DNA from: an uncultured Eubacteriales bacterium
Lineage (GTDB): Bacteria; Bacillota; Clostridia; Oscillospirales; CAG-272
Assembly (NCBI GenBank): GCA_934503195.1
Contig: CAKSVM010000002.1
Location: 850-64,849 of the forward strand
Length of the DNA: 64,000 nucleotides
Direction of reading: 5' to 3'
Shown here in pieces: positions 9,474-19,314 of this stretch (positions are counted from its first letter, which is position 1; each line of letters begins with the position of its first letter). The position numbers and the translations under genes are program-made. A model generated the notes under the pieces. The model was not told where the DNA came from. It saw only the letters and a program-made list of their open reading frames with translations, and searched no databases.

Positions 9474-10166
9474 TCAGTCCTCGGTTATTACACCGTCAAG
9501 CTCCTCGCGGCCGCAGAGGACATAGGTCGCCCTGATTCCGAATTTGCTTTTGTCGCAGAGAAAGTACTTCTTGTCCGAGCGTTCGATAAGCACCTGACGG
9601 AGGATCGTCTGCGGCTCGGAATCGTCGGTTATGACCTTTCCGTCATATCCGTTTGACGAGAAGAAGAGCATATCGAAATTCACCTTTGACGCCGCGACTA
9701 TCGCCGCCTCTCCCGCGATCGCGTTTGATCTCGGAAGCACTTTTCCGCCGAGAAGGCAGGTTCCGATCCCGTTGTCGCTGAGCGTCGCCGCGACCTGAAG
9801 TCCGTTTGTGAAGACGGTGAGCCCCGGCGACCATTTGAGAAAACGCGCCATCTCGATGCAGGTTGAGGAAGCGTCGATGAAGATCGTCTTTCCCGCTCTC
9901 GCGATTTCCGCGGCCTTTTTGCCGATAGCGACCTTGGCGGCGTGATTTTTCGCGATCCGTGAGTTTATCGGAACGCCGCCGGCGATTTCCGCGATTTCCG
10001 CGCCGCCGTGCCGTCTCACGATGAGTCCGGAGCGTTCAAGCTCGTCAAGGTCGCGGCGGATTGTCGACTGACTCTGATAGGTTTTCTGCGAGAGATATTC
10101 CACCGACGCGTAGCCGGTCGCGGAGATTATTTCGTACAGCTCATCCTGACGCTTTGACTTTATCAT
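9474..10166 (-). CDS. DeoR/GlpR family transcriptional regulator
   Basis: MIKSKRQDELYEIISATGYASVEYLSQKTYQSQSTIRRDLDELERSGLIVRRHGGA is a DeoR HTH, followed by a sugar-phosphate-binding C-terminal domain. The start at 10166 forms an ATGA overlap with the upstream GDPD stop. The track's longer N-terminus (R/G-rich) is rejected. Confidence 0.85.
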   Translation of the reverse strand: MIKSKRQDELYEIISATGYASVEYLSQKTYQSQSTIRRDLDELERSGLIVRRHGGAEIAEIAGGVPINSRIAKNHAAKVAIGKKAAEIARAGKTIFIDASSTCIEMARFLKWSPGLTVFTNGLQVAATLSDNGIGTCLLGGKVLPRSNAIAGEAAIVAASKVNFDMLFFSSNGYDGKVITDDSEPQTILRQVLIERSDKKYFLCDKSKFGIRATYVLCGREELDGVITED

Positions 10167-10954
10167 CTGTATCCGTGCTTTTTGAGGATTTCCATCATCT
10201 CTGCCGGATGATTCGATGTGAAGAGCTCGCCGCCGAGCTTCGCGCCGCGGAGGATGTCCTCCTCCTTTACCGCGCCCGCGCCGATCCACGGATGGATTCC
10301 GTCGGCTCTCACCTTATCGTACCAGTCGGGCGGACAGATCGGGTCGCTGTGCCAGTTTGCCATTCCGTCCTCGTAGGTCACGTTGAAGAGGCAGGCGCAG
10401 TAAAGAACCTTCGACGCCGCCTCGTTCCCCATGATCTTATAGGGATAGTAGCCGTGGAGGCGGTATTTGTGACCGTATTCCGAGTCGATCCAGATGAGAA
10501 GATCGCCGTCGAAGCTGTTGATGTAAAGCCTTTCGGAGAGATTGTATTCCTCAAAGAGCGCGATGATCTTCCGCGCGCTTTCCTTGGCGAAGTCCTCGCC
10601 CTTGTCGCGGAAGTAGTCCTTGAACTCGAAATTGAACCACATCTTTTGGTCTCTTTTTGTGAGTTCTAGGAATTCGCGGAAGGTCGGGATCCGCGTCCCG
10701 GCGAACCTTGGATCCTTTTTGATTCCGAAGTCGAGCTTTTTCAGCTCGGCGAGAGTCATTTCTGAAACGGTTCCGCGGCCGTCCGACGTGCGGTCGACCG
10801 TCGCGTCGTGGATCACGACGATTTCGCCGTCCTTTGTCATGCGGAGGTCGAGTTCGATCATGTCGGCTCCGATTTCGTACGCGCTCTCAAACGCGGGCAT
10901 TGTGTTTTCGGGGAAACCGTCGACGTTTCCGCGGTGCGCGGCTGTTTCGATCAT
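10163..10954 (-). CDS. Cytoplasmic glycerophosphodiester phosphodiesterase family protein
   Basis: AAHRGNVDGFPENTMPAFESAYEIGADMIELDLRMTKDGEIVVIHD matches the GDPD catalytic motifs. 263 aa. Confidence 0.85.
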   Translation of the reverse strand: MIETAAHRGNVDGFPENTMPAFESAYEIGADMIELDLRMTKDGEIVVIHDATVDRTSDGRGTVSEMTLAELKKLDFGIKKDPRFAGTRIPTFREFLELTKRDQKMWFNFEFKDYFRDKGEDFAKESARKIIALFEEYNLSERLYINSFDGDLLIWIDSEYGHKYRLHGYYPYKIMGNEAASKVLYCACLFNVTYEDGMANWHSDPICPPDWYDKVRADGIHPWIGAGAVKEEDILRGAKLGGELFTSNHPAEMMEILKKHGYR

Positions 10955-11115
10955 TGATTTTTACCTCTTGGCTGAATTTTTTTCGAGTGAATCCTGTTAG
11001 GTGGAAACTCTCATTACGATTATATCACGTATCACGGCCTTTGTCAATACGTGGCGGCAAACTTGCGCAAATGAGCAGAAATGCGCAAAAATTTCCCGCG
11101 GAGTTTAATTGCCTC

Positions 11116-11144
11116 TTGACATTCTCACAGAAATATGTTATAAT
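11116..11144 (+). promoter_or_regulatory. Consensus sigma-70 promoter for the GH36 gene
   Basis: TTGACA (11116-11121), 17-nt spacer ending TGT, TATAAT (11139-11144). Confidence 0.7.
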
Positions 11145-11173
11145 TGACACACCCAAACATCGGAGGTAAAATT

Positions 11174-13087
11174 ATGAAGGAAATCATGAAGCCCCAGCCG
11201 TTTTCGGTCAGGGTATATACAACCGACATCGGATTCCGCCGCGACGGAGATATCTATGTCAACGATCAGTACAGGCTCACGGTCAGCGTGAAGCTCGATG
11301 AGTTCGATGGCACCGGGGCGGTCAGACAGACAAACACGATCACGAACAACGGCGACAGCGAGGTGATTCTCTCGGGATTCTCGTCGGCCGCGATAAAGAC
11401 CTCGCGCGGACTCATCGGAGTCGACCGCAACCGCTGGCAGGCCGAGGGACAGTGGAATTTCTTCACGGCCGCGCAGTGCGGACTCGTCCCGGCGTCGATT
11501 CATCCGTGGGAACGCGAGACCTATCGGATTGAGTCGGTCGGAAGCTGGTCGACCGGGGTTTTCTATCCGCTTACCGTTGTCATCGGTGAGGACGGATATT
11601 CTTACTACATGGAGATCGAGGGCGCGCACAACTGGATGCTGACTCACTCGGTCACGGGCGGAATCAAATCCCCGGCCTTCGAGCTTGAGGGAACCGCTTC
11701 GCACGAGGAAAACGGCGGATGGATTTATCATCTGAAGCCGGGCGAGAGCTACACGACCCAGCCGGCCGTCTTCGGCCGCGTGAAGGGCGGATTTGAGGAA
11801 GTCTGCGGCGAGCTTGTCGCTTACCGCCGCGCCACGACTCTGACTCATTTTGAAAGCGACGTGATCCCGGTCGTCTTCAACGACTACATGAACTGTCTGT
11901 GGGGAGTTCCATCTGACGAAAAGCTTCTGCCGCTCATAAAGGCGGCGTCTAAGGTCGGATGCGAATATTTCTGCATCGACGCGGGATGGCACAAGAACGC
12001 GGCTCCGAATTCCTTCGGCGCGGCCGGGGACTGGATCGTCGCGAACGAGCGTTTCGGCGAGGGCGGACTCGCGAAGATTTTCGCGAACATGAAGGAGAAC
12101 GGACTTGTCCCGGGCGTGTGGTTCGAGTTTGACACGGTAAATCCGTCCGCGGCGGCGCACGGGCTTGACGACGACTGCCTTCTTCGCCGCTACGGGAAGG
12201 AATTCCCGCGCGCGTTCTTCAATTTCCGTAACGAAAAGGTGAGGGCGCACCTGAAATCGCGCGTAGCCGAGCTTTACGGAATGGGCGTCCGCTACATAAA
12301 GAACGACTACAATCAGACGACCGGAATCGGCTGCGACAACGAGGGCGACGCTCCGGCCGAGGGGCTGATCCGGAACTACGAGGCGTTTGTAAGCTTCATC
12401 GACGAGGTCCGCGCGGAATTTCCCGATCTTGTGATCGAAAACTGCGGAAGCGGAGCCTGCCGCGCCGAAAACGGAACGCTGAAGCATTTCCATCTCCAGT
12501 CGACGAGCGATCAGGAGATATACTACAATTATCCGTCGATAATCATCGGCTCGGCGGCGCAGTACGCGCCCGAGAAGGCCGGAATCTGGTCGTATCCGAT
12601 GCCGGTTTTCTACGATGAGCGTAACGACGCGAAGTTTGACGACGAATGGCGTTCGCGCTTCACCGACGGCGAGGAGACGATCTTCAACATGGTGAACGGA
12701 ATGTGCGGCGCGCTCTATCAGTCGGGTCACCTTGAGTATTCGGACGAGAAGAATCTCTCACTCGTGGCAGAGGGAATTTCGGCATACAAGAAGATGCGCG
12801 GCGACGTTGTGAAGGCGCGTCCGATTCTCCCGACCGGAACGATTCTGATCGGCGAGGAGGGCTTCGCGTCGTACGGACTTGAGACTCCCGACAAAACCCG
12901 CGCGTATCTCGCGGTCTGGCGTATCGGCGGGGATTCTGACGAGGCTGTTATCGACCTTTCGAAGTACGGATACAAAAAAGCGTCGGCGTTCTATCCGGCG
13001 TCAGGCGAGTGTGAGTTTGAGGATGGCGTACTTAAGGTAAAGCTTCCGGCAAAGCATTCGGCGAGAATGATTCTGGTGGAGAAATAA
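11174..13087 (+). CDS. Alpha-galactosidase-like glycoside hydrolase (GH36-type)
   Basis: Start is the ATG at 11174, after a GGAGG RBS. Motifs FCIDAGWH, RYIKNDYN and ENCGSGACR resemble the GH36 catalytic TIM-barrel signatures. The 530-aa antisense ORF is R-rich and rejected. Confidence 0.75.
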   Translation: MKEIMKPQPFSVRVYTTDIGFRRDGDIYVNDQYRLTVSVKLDEFDGTGAVRQTNTITNNGDSEVILSGFSSAAIKTSRGLIGVDRNRWQAEGQWNFFTAAQCGLVPASIHPWERETYRIESVGSWSTGVFYPLTVVIGEDGYSYYMEIEGAHNWMLTHSVTGGIKSPAFELEGTASHEENGGWIYHLKPGESYTTQPAVFGRVKGGFEEVCGELVAYRRATTLTHFESDVIPVVFNDYMNCLWGVPSDEKLLPLIKAASKVGCEYFCIDAGWHKNAAPNSFGAAGDWIVANERFGEGGLAKIFANMKENGLVPGVWFEFDTVNPSAAAHGLDDDCLLRRYGKEFPRAFFNFRNEKVRAHLKSRVAELYGMGVRYIKNDYNQTTGIGCDNEGDAPAEGLIRNYEAFVSFIDEVRAEFPDLVIENCGSGACRAENGTLKHFHLQSTSDQEIYYNYPSIIIGSAAQYAPEKAGIWSYPMPVFYDERNDAKFDDEWRSRFTDGEETIFNMVNGMCGALYQSGHLEYSDEKNLSLVAEGISAYKKMRGDVVKARPILPTGTILIGEEGFASYGLETPDKTRAYLAVWRIGGDSDEAVIDLSKYGYKKASAFYPASGECEFEDGVLKVKLPAKHSARMILVEK

Positions 13088-13127
13088 ATCGGGGGCGGGC
13101 TGAGACTTCCGTTCAGAGTTATGGCAA

Positions 13128-13164
13128 CAGGGCTGCCGCGAAAAGCGGCAACCCTGTTTTTTTT
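13128..13164 (+). terminator. Rho-independent terminator of the GH36 gene
   Basis: CAGGGCTGCCGC-gaaaa-GCGGCAACCCTG followed by T8. Confidence 0.85.
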
Positions 13165-13194
13165 GCTATAAAAATCTTTGATTCCGGGAAAAAT

Positions 13195-13527
13195 TCATTT
13201 CTCCCCGCTGTCATTCTCCGCGGTGAAGAGACGGTATGTGCTGTAGGCTCCGAGAAGCACCGACGCGGCGACTATCGCGGCGATTCCGAGATTCGACGCG
13301 CGCTGACGGTGGCGGATTGTACGCGCCAGAGCGGCGTATTTTTCCTCCGGGCTCTGCGGCGCGGGGCGTCTTCTCGTTTCGTGTCTGCGTCTGTAGGCCT
13401 CATATGCGCGGGAGCAGACCGGGCAGACCGCCAGATGCTCGCGGACGGCTTTCTTTGTGTCGGGGCTGGCGACTCCGTCACAGTAGAGGGCGATAAGATC
13501 CATCGCCATGTCACAGGATATGTTCAT
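13195..13527 (-). CDS. Anti-sigma factor (zf-HC2 type, single TM)
   Basis: N-terminal H/C zinc motif: REHLAVCPVCSRAYEAY. C-terminal TM helix NLGIAAIVAASVLLGAY. Overlaps the upstream sigma gene by 17 nt. Confidence 0.8.
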   Translation of the reverse strand: MNISCDMAMDLIALYCDGVASPDTKKAVREHLAVCPVCSRAYEAYRRRHETRRRPAPQSPEEKYAALARTIRHRQRASNLGIAAIVAASVLLGAYSTYRLFTAENDSGEK

Positions 13528-14017
13528 TCTTTAATTCCTCCGACAAAAGTTTTTTCGCGCGGTGAAAGATCACCTTCGCTGAATTTTCCGAGATATTGAG
13601 CGACTCCGCGATCTGCGCGAAGGGGAGCTCGGCGTAAAGTCTCAAAACCACGACGTCGCGGTATTTTTCCGGGATGCGCGCGATGACCCGCCGTATCGCG
13701 TCGACCGTTTCGTGCTGCTGGAGCGTTTCCTCGGGGTCGTTATCGGTGTCAAGCAGATTGTCGGCTAAAAGCTCGATGTCGACGCTGTCGCTCATGTGCT
13801 TGTTCTTCTTGACGTAGCCGAAAAAGGTGTATTTCGCGATCGACGCCAGCCACGTGAAAAGCTCGCTTTCGCCGCGGTACTTCGGAAAGGATCTGAACGC
13901 CTGAAAAAACGTTTCCTGAGTCAGCTCCTCGGCAAGGCTCTCGTCGCGGCACATACGGTATAGAAAAGCGTACACACGGGTAAAATACTGCTCGTATATC
14001 GCCTCAAATGGTTCCAA
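13511..14017 (-). CDS. ECF-type RNA polymerase sigma-70 family factor
   Basis: Region 2 (LAEELTQETFFQAFRSFPKYRGESELFTWL) and region 4 HTH (LPFAQIAESLNISENSAKVIFHRAKKLL). Confidence 0.9.
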   Translation of the reverse strand: MEPFEAIYEQYFTRVYAFLYRMCRDESLAEELTQETFFQAFRSFPKYRGESELFTWLASIAKYTFFGYVKKNKHMSDSVDIELLADNLLDTDNDPEETLQQHETVDAIRRVIARIPEKYRDVVVLRLYAELPFAQIAESLNISENSAKVIFHRAKKLLSEELKNEHIL

Positions 14018-14180
14018 GCGTTGTCACCGCCTTTTCTTCTTTTTCTTTCTTCATTATATTTAGTGTCGGCTTTTTTCGCAAGGTTACACAAAAACGCGAA
14101 ATTTTCACCGGGATTATTTTTCGCGAAACGGTAACTTTGCTTCGGGGCGTTTTTACTTACTTACAGATAGGAGGGAGAAT

Positions 14181-15134
14181 ATGAACTTCAAGATTACAGG
14201 TACCGGCTCGTACCTTCCCGAGCGGATCGTTACCAACGACGAACTTTCCGGGATGGTTGAGACCTCCGATGAATGGATACGTCAGCGCGTCGGGATCCGT
14301 GAACGCAGGATCGCGACTCACGAAACCACGGTTGATATGGCGGTCGAAGCGGCAAAGGCCGCGCTTGAGGCCTCCGGCACAAAGCCAGAGGAACTCGATC
14401 TGATCCTCACCTCAACCGTCAGCGGCGAGATGATCTCGCCCTCGACCGCCTGCATGGTGCAGAGAAGACTCGGCGCGACCTGCATGGCTTATGAAATCAA
14501 CGCGGCCTGCTCGGCTTTTATTTTCTTACTTGAGACGGCGGCCGGGTATTTCGCCCGCGGAAAGGCGAAGAAGGCTCTTCTCGTCGGAACCGAGAAGTTA
14601 AGCCGGATAGTAAACTGGGCTGACCGCTCGACCTGCGTCATCTTCGGCGACGGAGCCGGCGCGGTGGTGCTCGAGGCCGGGGAGAATTATCTCGATTCGA
14701 CGTTTGACGTACAAGGCGGCGACGAGGTGATCAGAATCCCGCACTGGCACGGGGAATCGCCGTTTGACACGACCGAACCCGACGAGCCGTTCATCCACAT
14801 GGCGGGTCAGGAGACCTTCAAGTTCGCGGTCAGCTCGATCACGCGCGACGTGAAGCTGCTTCTCGAACGGAACTCGCTTTCGGCCGACGACATAAAGTAC
14901 ATCGTCCCGCATCAGGCCAACGCGCGGATTATCGACACGGCGGCCAGAAGGCTCGGGATCCCGCAGGAAAAGTTCTATCTTGACATCGACCGGCTCGGAA
15001 ACACTTCGAGCGCGAGCGTGCCGATAGCTCTTGACGAACTCGCGCGGTCGGGTAAGCTCGGACGCGGCGACAAAATTATCTTCTGCGCGTTCGGCGGCGG
15101 ACTTTCCGCGGCGGCCGCGCTGATGGAATGGTAA
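14181..15134 (+). CDS. fabH: 3-oxoacyl-ACP synthase III
   Basis: 317 aa. Active-site context NAACSAF and HQAN...GNTSSASVP; typical KAS III. Confidence 0.92.
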   Translation: MNFKITGTGSYLPERIVTNDELSGMVETSDEWIRQRVGIRERRIATHETTVDMAVEAAKAALEASGTKPEELDLILTSTVSGEMISPSTACMVQRRLGATCMAYEINAACSAFIFLLETAAGYFARGKAKKALLVGTEKLSRIVNWADRSTCVIFGDGAGAVVLEAGENYLDSTFDVQGGDEVIRIPHWHGESPFDTTEPDEPFIHMAGQETFKFAVSSITRDVKLLLERNSLSADDIKYIVPHQANARIIDTAARRLGIPQEKFYLDIDRLGNTSSASVPIALDELARSGKLGRGDKIIFCAFGGGLSAAAALMEW

Positions 15135-15201
15135 ATCACGCAAACCTCCGGTAAAACCGGAACCAAATATATTATAACATAATTTTAAGGAGATTACAAT
15201 A

Positions 15202-15420
15202 ATGGTACTCGAAAAACTCACTCAGATTCTCGCGGAAAAGCTCGACGTCGACGCTTCGACGATCACCCCCGAAACCACCGCCGCTGACCTTGGAATGGAT
15301 TCGCTCGACGTCGCCGAGCTTCTCATGGACATTGAGGACAACTTCGGCGTGACGGTTGAGCCTTCGCCCGACCTCAAGACCATCGCCGACTTCGTCAAGG
15401 CGATCGAGGCGCTTCAGTAA
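15202..15420 (+). CDS. acpP: Acyl carrier protein
   Basis: 72 aa with the phosphopantetheine-attachment motif LGMDSLDVAEL. Confidence 0.92.
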   Translation: MVLEKLTQILAEKLDVDASTITPETTAADLGMDSLDVAELLMDIEDNFGVTVEPSPDLKTIADFVKAIEALQ

Positions 15421-16343
15421 TGAAGACCCGCGTCACCGAACTTCTCGGCGTGAAGTATCCGCTTCTTCAGGGCGGAATGGCGTGGATTGCCGACGGAAGG
15501 CTCGCGGCGGCGGTTTCGAACGCCGGGGGAGTTGGAATCATCTCCGCGATGAATATCGATCAGCTCAGAGCCGAGATAAAGACCGCGCGCGAGCTTACCG
15601 ACAAGCCGTTCGGAGTGAACATCATGCTCCAGTCGAAGTTTGCCGACGAGGCGGCTGAGATCATCGCGGACGAAAGAGTCGCGCTGGTCACCACCGGGGC
15701 GGGGATGCCGACAAAGTACATGGAACGCTGGATTTCGGCCGGAACGAAGGTGATTCCGGTCATCGCGTCGGTTTCAATGGCGCGGATGATGGAAAAGCTC
15801 GGAGCCGACGCGGTCGTCGCGGAGGGTCAGGAATCGGGCGGACACATCGGCGAGCTTACGACGATGGCGCTTGTCCCGCAGGTCTGCGACGCGGTGAAGA
15901 TTCCGGTCATAGCGGCCGGAGGAATCGCGGACGGACGCGGAGTGGCGGCGGCGTTCATGCTCGGGGCCGAGGGAGTGCAGATCGGAACGAGATTCCTCTG
16001 CGCGTCCGAATGCTCGGTTCACGAGAACTACAAGAAGGCGGTGCTTGATGCGTCGGACATTTCGACTGTCACGACCGGACGCAGATTCGGCGGCAACACC
16101 TGCCGTTGCATAAAGAACAGATTCGCGCGCGAGTTCCTCAAGAAGGAATACGCGCCCGACGCGACCGCCGAGAGCGTCGCTGAGCTCGGAGTCGGCGCGC
16201 TTCGCCGCGCGGCGGTCGAGGGAGACGTCAAGGACGGATGCGTGCTTGCCGGACAGGTTTCGGGAATGGTAAAGAAAATCGAGCCCGCGGCTGATATCGT
16301 CTCGGAGATCATGACAAAGGCCGGGGAGCTTCTTAAGCTCTGA
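15420..16343 (+). CDS. fabK: Enoyl-ACP reductase II (FMN, nitronate monooxygenase fold)
   Basis: MKTRVTELLGVKYPLLQGGMAWIA... is typical of FabK. TAATG overlap with acpP. Confidence 0.88.
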   Translation: MKTRVTELLGVKYPLLQGGMAWIADGRLAAAVSNAGGVGIISAMNIDQLRAEIKTARELTDKPFGVNIMLQSKFADEAAEIIADERVALVTTGAGMPTKYMERWISAGTKVIPVIASVSMARMMEKLGADAVVAEGQESGGHIGELTTMALVPQVCDAVKIPVIAAGGIADGRGVAAAFMLGAEGVQIGTRFLCASECSVHENYKKAVLDASDISTVTTGRRFGGNTCRCIKNRFAREFLKKEYAPDATAESVAELGVGALRRAAVEGDVKDGCVLAGQVSGMVKKIEPAADIVSEIMTKAGELLKL

Positions 16344-16388
16344 CACTCCGGAGCCTGATTTTTCGCATGGTTTTGAAAGGAAAAGAAA

Positions 16389-17285
16389 ATGAGTAAGATA
16401 GCGTTCATATTCCCCGGACAGGGGGCGCAGTTCCCCGGAATGGGAAAGGGATTTGACAGCGGGGTTTTTGACGTCGCCGAAAGGCTCTGCCCCGGGATCA
16501 GGGCTCTCTGCTTTGAGGGCGACCCGGCCGAGCTGAAACTCACGAAGAACGCTCAGCCCTGTCTCTACATGGCTGAGACGGCCGCGGCCGAGGCTCTTGT
16601 GAAGGGCGGTCTTAAGCCCGATATGGTCGCCGGATTCTCGTTCGGCGAGATTGTCGCGCTCGCCTTTGCCGGGGCTTTTGATATGGAGACGGGCTTTGAG
16701 ATCGCGAAGAAGCGCGGAGAGCTGATGTCAGAATCCGCGCCCGACACCGGAATGGCCGCGATTCTCAAGCTTCCCGACGAGACGGTCGAGGAGATCTGCG
16801 CGCTCCACGGAATCTATCCGGTCAACTACAACTGCCCCGGTCAGGTCTCCGTCTCCGGAAAGAGCGAGGCTCTTAAGGAGGCGCGTCCCGATTTCATCGC
16901 GGCGGGCGGAAGATACGCTCCGCTGGCGGTCAGCGGAGCCTTCCATTCTCCCTTCATGTCGAAGGCCGCGCTCGGATTTGCCGACTTCCTTGACGGAACT
17001 CAGGTGAAAAAGCTGGAAATTCCGGTCTACTCGAATTTCGACGCCGAGGTTTACGGCGACAACATCAAAGAGCGGATGTCAAAGCAGATCGACCATCCGG
17101 TCTACTGGACAAAGCTCATGAAAAACATGAACGCCGCCGGAGCCGAGACCTTCATCGAGGTCGGACCCGGCGACACGCTGACAAAGCTCGGGGCGAGAAT
17201 TCTCCCCGAAGCGAAGTTCATCCACGTATCGACGCCTGAGGAGGTAGCTGAATGCTTAACGGAATTCTCAAAGGAAAGACAGTGA
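16389..17285 (+). CDS. fabD: Malonyl-CoA:ACP transacylase
   Basis: FIFPGQGAQFPGMG and the GFSFGE active-site serine motif. Confidence 0.92.
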   Translation: MSKIAFIFPGQGAQFPGMGKGFDSGVFDVAERLCPGIRALCFEGDPAELKLTKNAQPCLYMAETAAAEALVKGGLKPDMVAGFSFGEIVALAFAGAFDMETGFEIAKKRGELMSESAPDTGMAAILKLPDETVEEICALHGIYPVNYNCPGQVSVSGKSEALKEARPDFIAAGGRYAPLAVSGAFHSPFMSKAALGFADFLDGTQVKKLEIPVYSNFDAEVYGDNIKERMSKQIDHPVYWTKLMKNMNAAGAETFIEVGPGDTLTKLGARILPEAKFIHVSTPEEVAECLTEFSKERQ

Positions 17286-17980
17286 TCGTCACCGGAGGCT
17301 CGCGCGGAATCGGACGCGCGATCTGCGAGGCCTTCGCAAGGGACGGCGCGAATGTCGCGCTCATCTACTCCGGCAACACCGCGGCGGCCGAGGAGGTCGT
17401 GAAGTCACTCCGTGAGGAATACGGAGTTCACGCCGAGAGCTACTGCTGTCAGGTTCAGGAGTACAGCGAGGTCGACCCGACCGTTTCGAAGATTGTCGAG
17501 ACCTTCGGCGGAGTCGATATTCTGGTCAACAACGCCGGAATCAACCGCGACAGGCTGCTCATCTCGATGAAGGAATCCGAGTTCGACGAGGTAATCTCGG
17601 TCGACCTCAAAGGCGCGTACAATATGATGCGCCGGGTTTCGCCGATCTTCGTCCGCAAGCGTTCGGGCAAGATCATCAACATCACCTCGATCGCCGGACT
17701 TGACGGAAACGCCGGACAGACGAATTATTCCGCCGCGAAGGCCGGACTCGTCGGACTCACAAAGTCGGCGGCAAAGGAACTCGCCCCGCGCGGAATCACG
17801 GTAAACGCGATCGCGCCCGGATTCATCGCGACCGACATGACGGTCGGGCTTGAAGAGGCGGCAAAGGCCGTTCCGCTCGGCAGAATGGGACGCCCGGATG
17901 AAGTCGCTCAGCTCGCGGTTTTCCTCTCGGGAGCCGATTATATCACCGGAGAGGTCATCAGAATAGACGGAGGTCTTTAA
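17252..17980 (+). CDS. fabG: 3-oxoacyl-ACP reductase
   Basis: SDR motifs TGGSRGIG, NNAG and YSAAKAG. GAGGAGG RBS lies before the ATG at 17252. Confidence 0.92.
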   Translation: MLNGILKGKTVIVTGGSRGIGRAICEAFARDGANVALIYSGNTAAAEEVVKSLREEYGVHAESYCCQVQEYSEVDPTVSKIVETFGGVDILVNNAGINRDRLLISMKESEFDEVISVDLKGAYNMMRRVSPIFVRKRSGKIINITSIAGLDGNAGQTNYSAAKAGLVGLTKSAAKELAPRGITVNAIAPGFIATDMTVGLEEAAKAVPLGRMGRPDEVAQLAVFLSGADYITGEVIRIDGGL

Positions 17981-19197
17981 TGAAACGAGTTGTTATAACC
18001 GGCATGGGAGCGGCGACGCCGATCGGATGCTCGGTAAAGGAATACACTGACTCGCTTTTCGCGGGGAAGAACGGAATCGGAAAAATCACCCGCTTTGACG
18101 TCGGCGACTCAAAGTTCACGCTGGCGGCCGAGCTGAAGAATTTCGATCCGCTGACAAGACTTGAAAAGCCGCTTGTGAGAAAGAACGACCCGTACGCGGT
18201 CTACGCGCTCTACGCGGCTGATGAGGCGATGGAGGATTCCGGAATCGCCGGAAAGATCGACCCCGAGGAGCTCGGAGTCTACATCGGCTCTGGCATCGGC
18301 GGCTTCGATACCTTCTGCCACGAGCATTCGGTTCTGCTTGAAACCGGGGCGAAACGGGTCGCGCCGCAGTTCATCCCGAAGCTTATCTCGAACATCGCGG
18401 CGGCGAGCGTCGCTATAAGACATAACGCTCACGGGCCCTGCATGGCGCACGTCACGGCCTGCGCGACCTCCTCGACCGCGATCGGCGAGGGCTACCGCGC
18501 GATTCAGTTCGGCGCGGCGAAGGCGATTCTCTGCGGCGGAAGCGAGGCGACGATAAATCCGCTCGCGGTCGCGGGATTCGCGAACTGCATGGCTCTCTCG
18601 CCGTCAGACGATCCGAACGCGGCGTCGCTTCCGTTTGACATAAGACGCGGCGGATTCGTCATGGGCGAAGGCGCGGGCGTTCTGCTTCTCGAGGAATACG
18701 AACACGCCGTGAATCGCGGCGCGAAGATTTACGCCGAGGTTGTCGGCTACGGCACGACCTGCGACGCGCATCACGTCACGGCTCCCGACCCGACCGCGAA
18801 GGACGTCGCCAGAGCGATAAGACTCGCGCTCCCCGAAGAGCTTCCGGAGAACATCTACTACAACGCTCACGGAACCGGAACGAAACTCAACGATCTCACC
18901 GAGACCTCCGCGCTAAGGCAGGTCTTCGGCGAGGACGCGAAGAAGATTCACATAAGCTCGACGAAGTCGATGACCGGGCATATGCTCGGAGCGGCCGGAG
19001 CGGCCGAGGCGATCGCCTGCGTCGCGGCTCTTGGCCGCGGCATGATCCCGCCGACGATAAATCTCAAGGAACCCGATCCCGAATGCGATCTCGATTACAC
19101 CCCGAACGAGGCGAAGCCGCTTGACATCGGACTCGCGCTCTCGGCGTCGCTCGGATTCGGCGGACATAACGTCTGCCTCGCCTTCAAAAAGATCTGA
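17980..19197 (+). CDS. fabF: 3-oxoacyl-ACP synthase II
   Basis: 405 aa. KAS I/II motifs (ACATSS active-site Cys, two His: CDAHHVTAP, NAHGTGT). Confidence 0.92.
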   Translation: MKRVVITGMGAATPIGCSVKEYTDSLFAGKNGIGKITRFDVGDSKFTLAAELKNFDPLTRLEKPLVRKNDPYAVYALYAADEAMEDSGIAGKIDPEELGVYIGSGIGGFDTFCHEHSVLLETGAKRVAPQFIPKLISNIAAASVAIRHNAHGPCMAHVTACATSSTAIGEGYRAIQFGAAKAILCGGSEATINPLAVAGFANCMALSPSDDPNAASLPFDIRRGGFVMGEGAGVLLLEEYEHAVNRGAKIYAEVVGYGTTCDAHHVTAPDPTAKDVARAIRLALPEELPENIYYNAHGTGTKLNDLTETSALRQVFGEDAKKIHISSTKSMTGHMLGAAGAAEAIACVAALGRGMIPPTINLKEPDPECDLDYTPNEAKPLDIGLALSASLGFGGHNVCLAFKKI

Positions 19198-19212
19198 GGA
19201 AACGCTGATTTT

Positions 19213-19288
19213 AGGTTGTTTTCACGCAAAAAAGCCCATAAATCCAAGCCTTTTCCGCGTGAAAACTCCATTTATTCAGCTTATTCCT
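19213..19288 (+). repeat. Short intergenic repeat (about 76 nt), copy 1, in the fabF-fabZ spacer
   Basis: AGGTTGTtTTCACG..AAAAAGCCCATAAATCCAAGCCTTTT..CGCGTGAAAACTCCATTTATTCAGCTTATtCCT is near-identical to 38768-38843. Contains an imperfect hairpin (TTCACG.../...CGTGAA). Confidence 0.8.
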
Positions 19289-19314
19289 GACGATACCTTC
19301 AAGGAGAACTTAAA

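Noticed and set aside
11138-12730. 530-aa minus-strand ORF. There are many similar long antisense ORFs: 4350-5465, 6118-6816, 7370-8401, 24431-25771, 26775-27638, 30201-31097, 31101-32354, 33019-34029, 37080-38003, 39798-41156, 42326-43270, 52644-53744 and 58286-59155.
   Set aside because: Each lies antisense to a gene with recognisable family motifs. Their translations are dominated by R, L, V, G and D, typical of GC-rich shadow frames. They have no RBS and do not respect the neighbouring gene boundaries.
14095-14125. Inverted repeat CGCGAAA-N17-TTTCGCG upstream of fabH as a FapR/FabT-type operator
   Set aside because: It is only 7 bp per arm. No regulator gene is in the cluster and I know of no matching consensus, so the evidence is insufficient.
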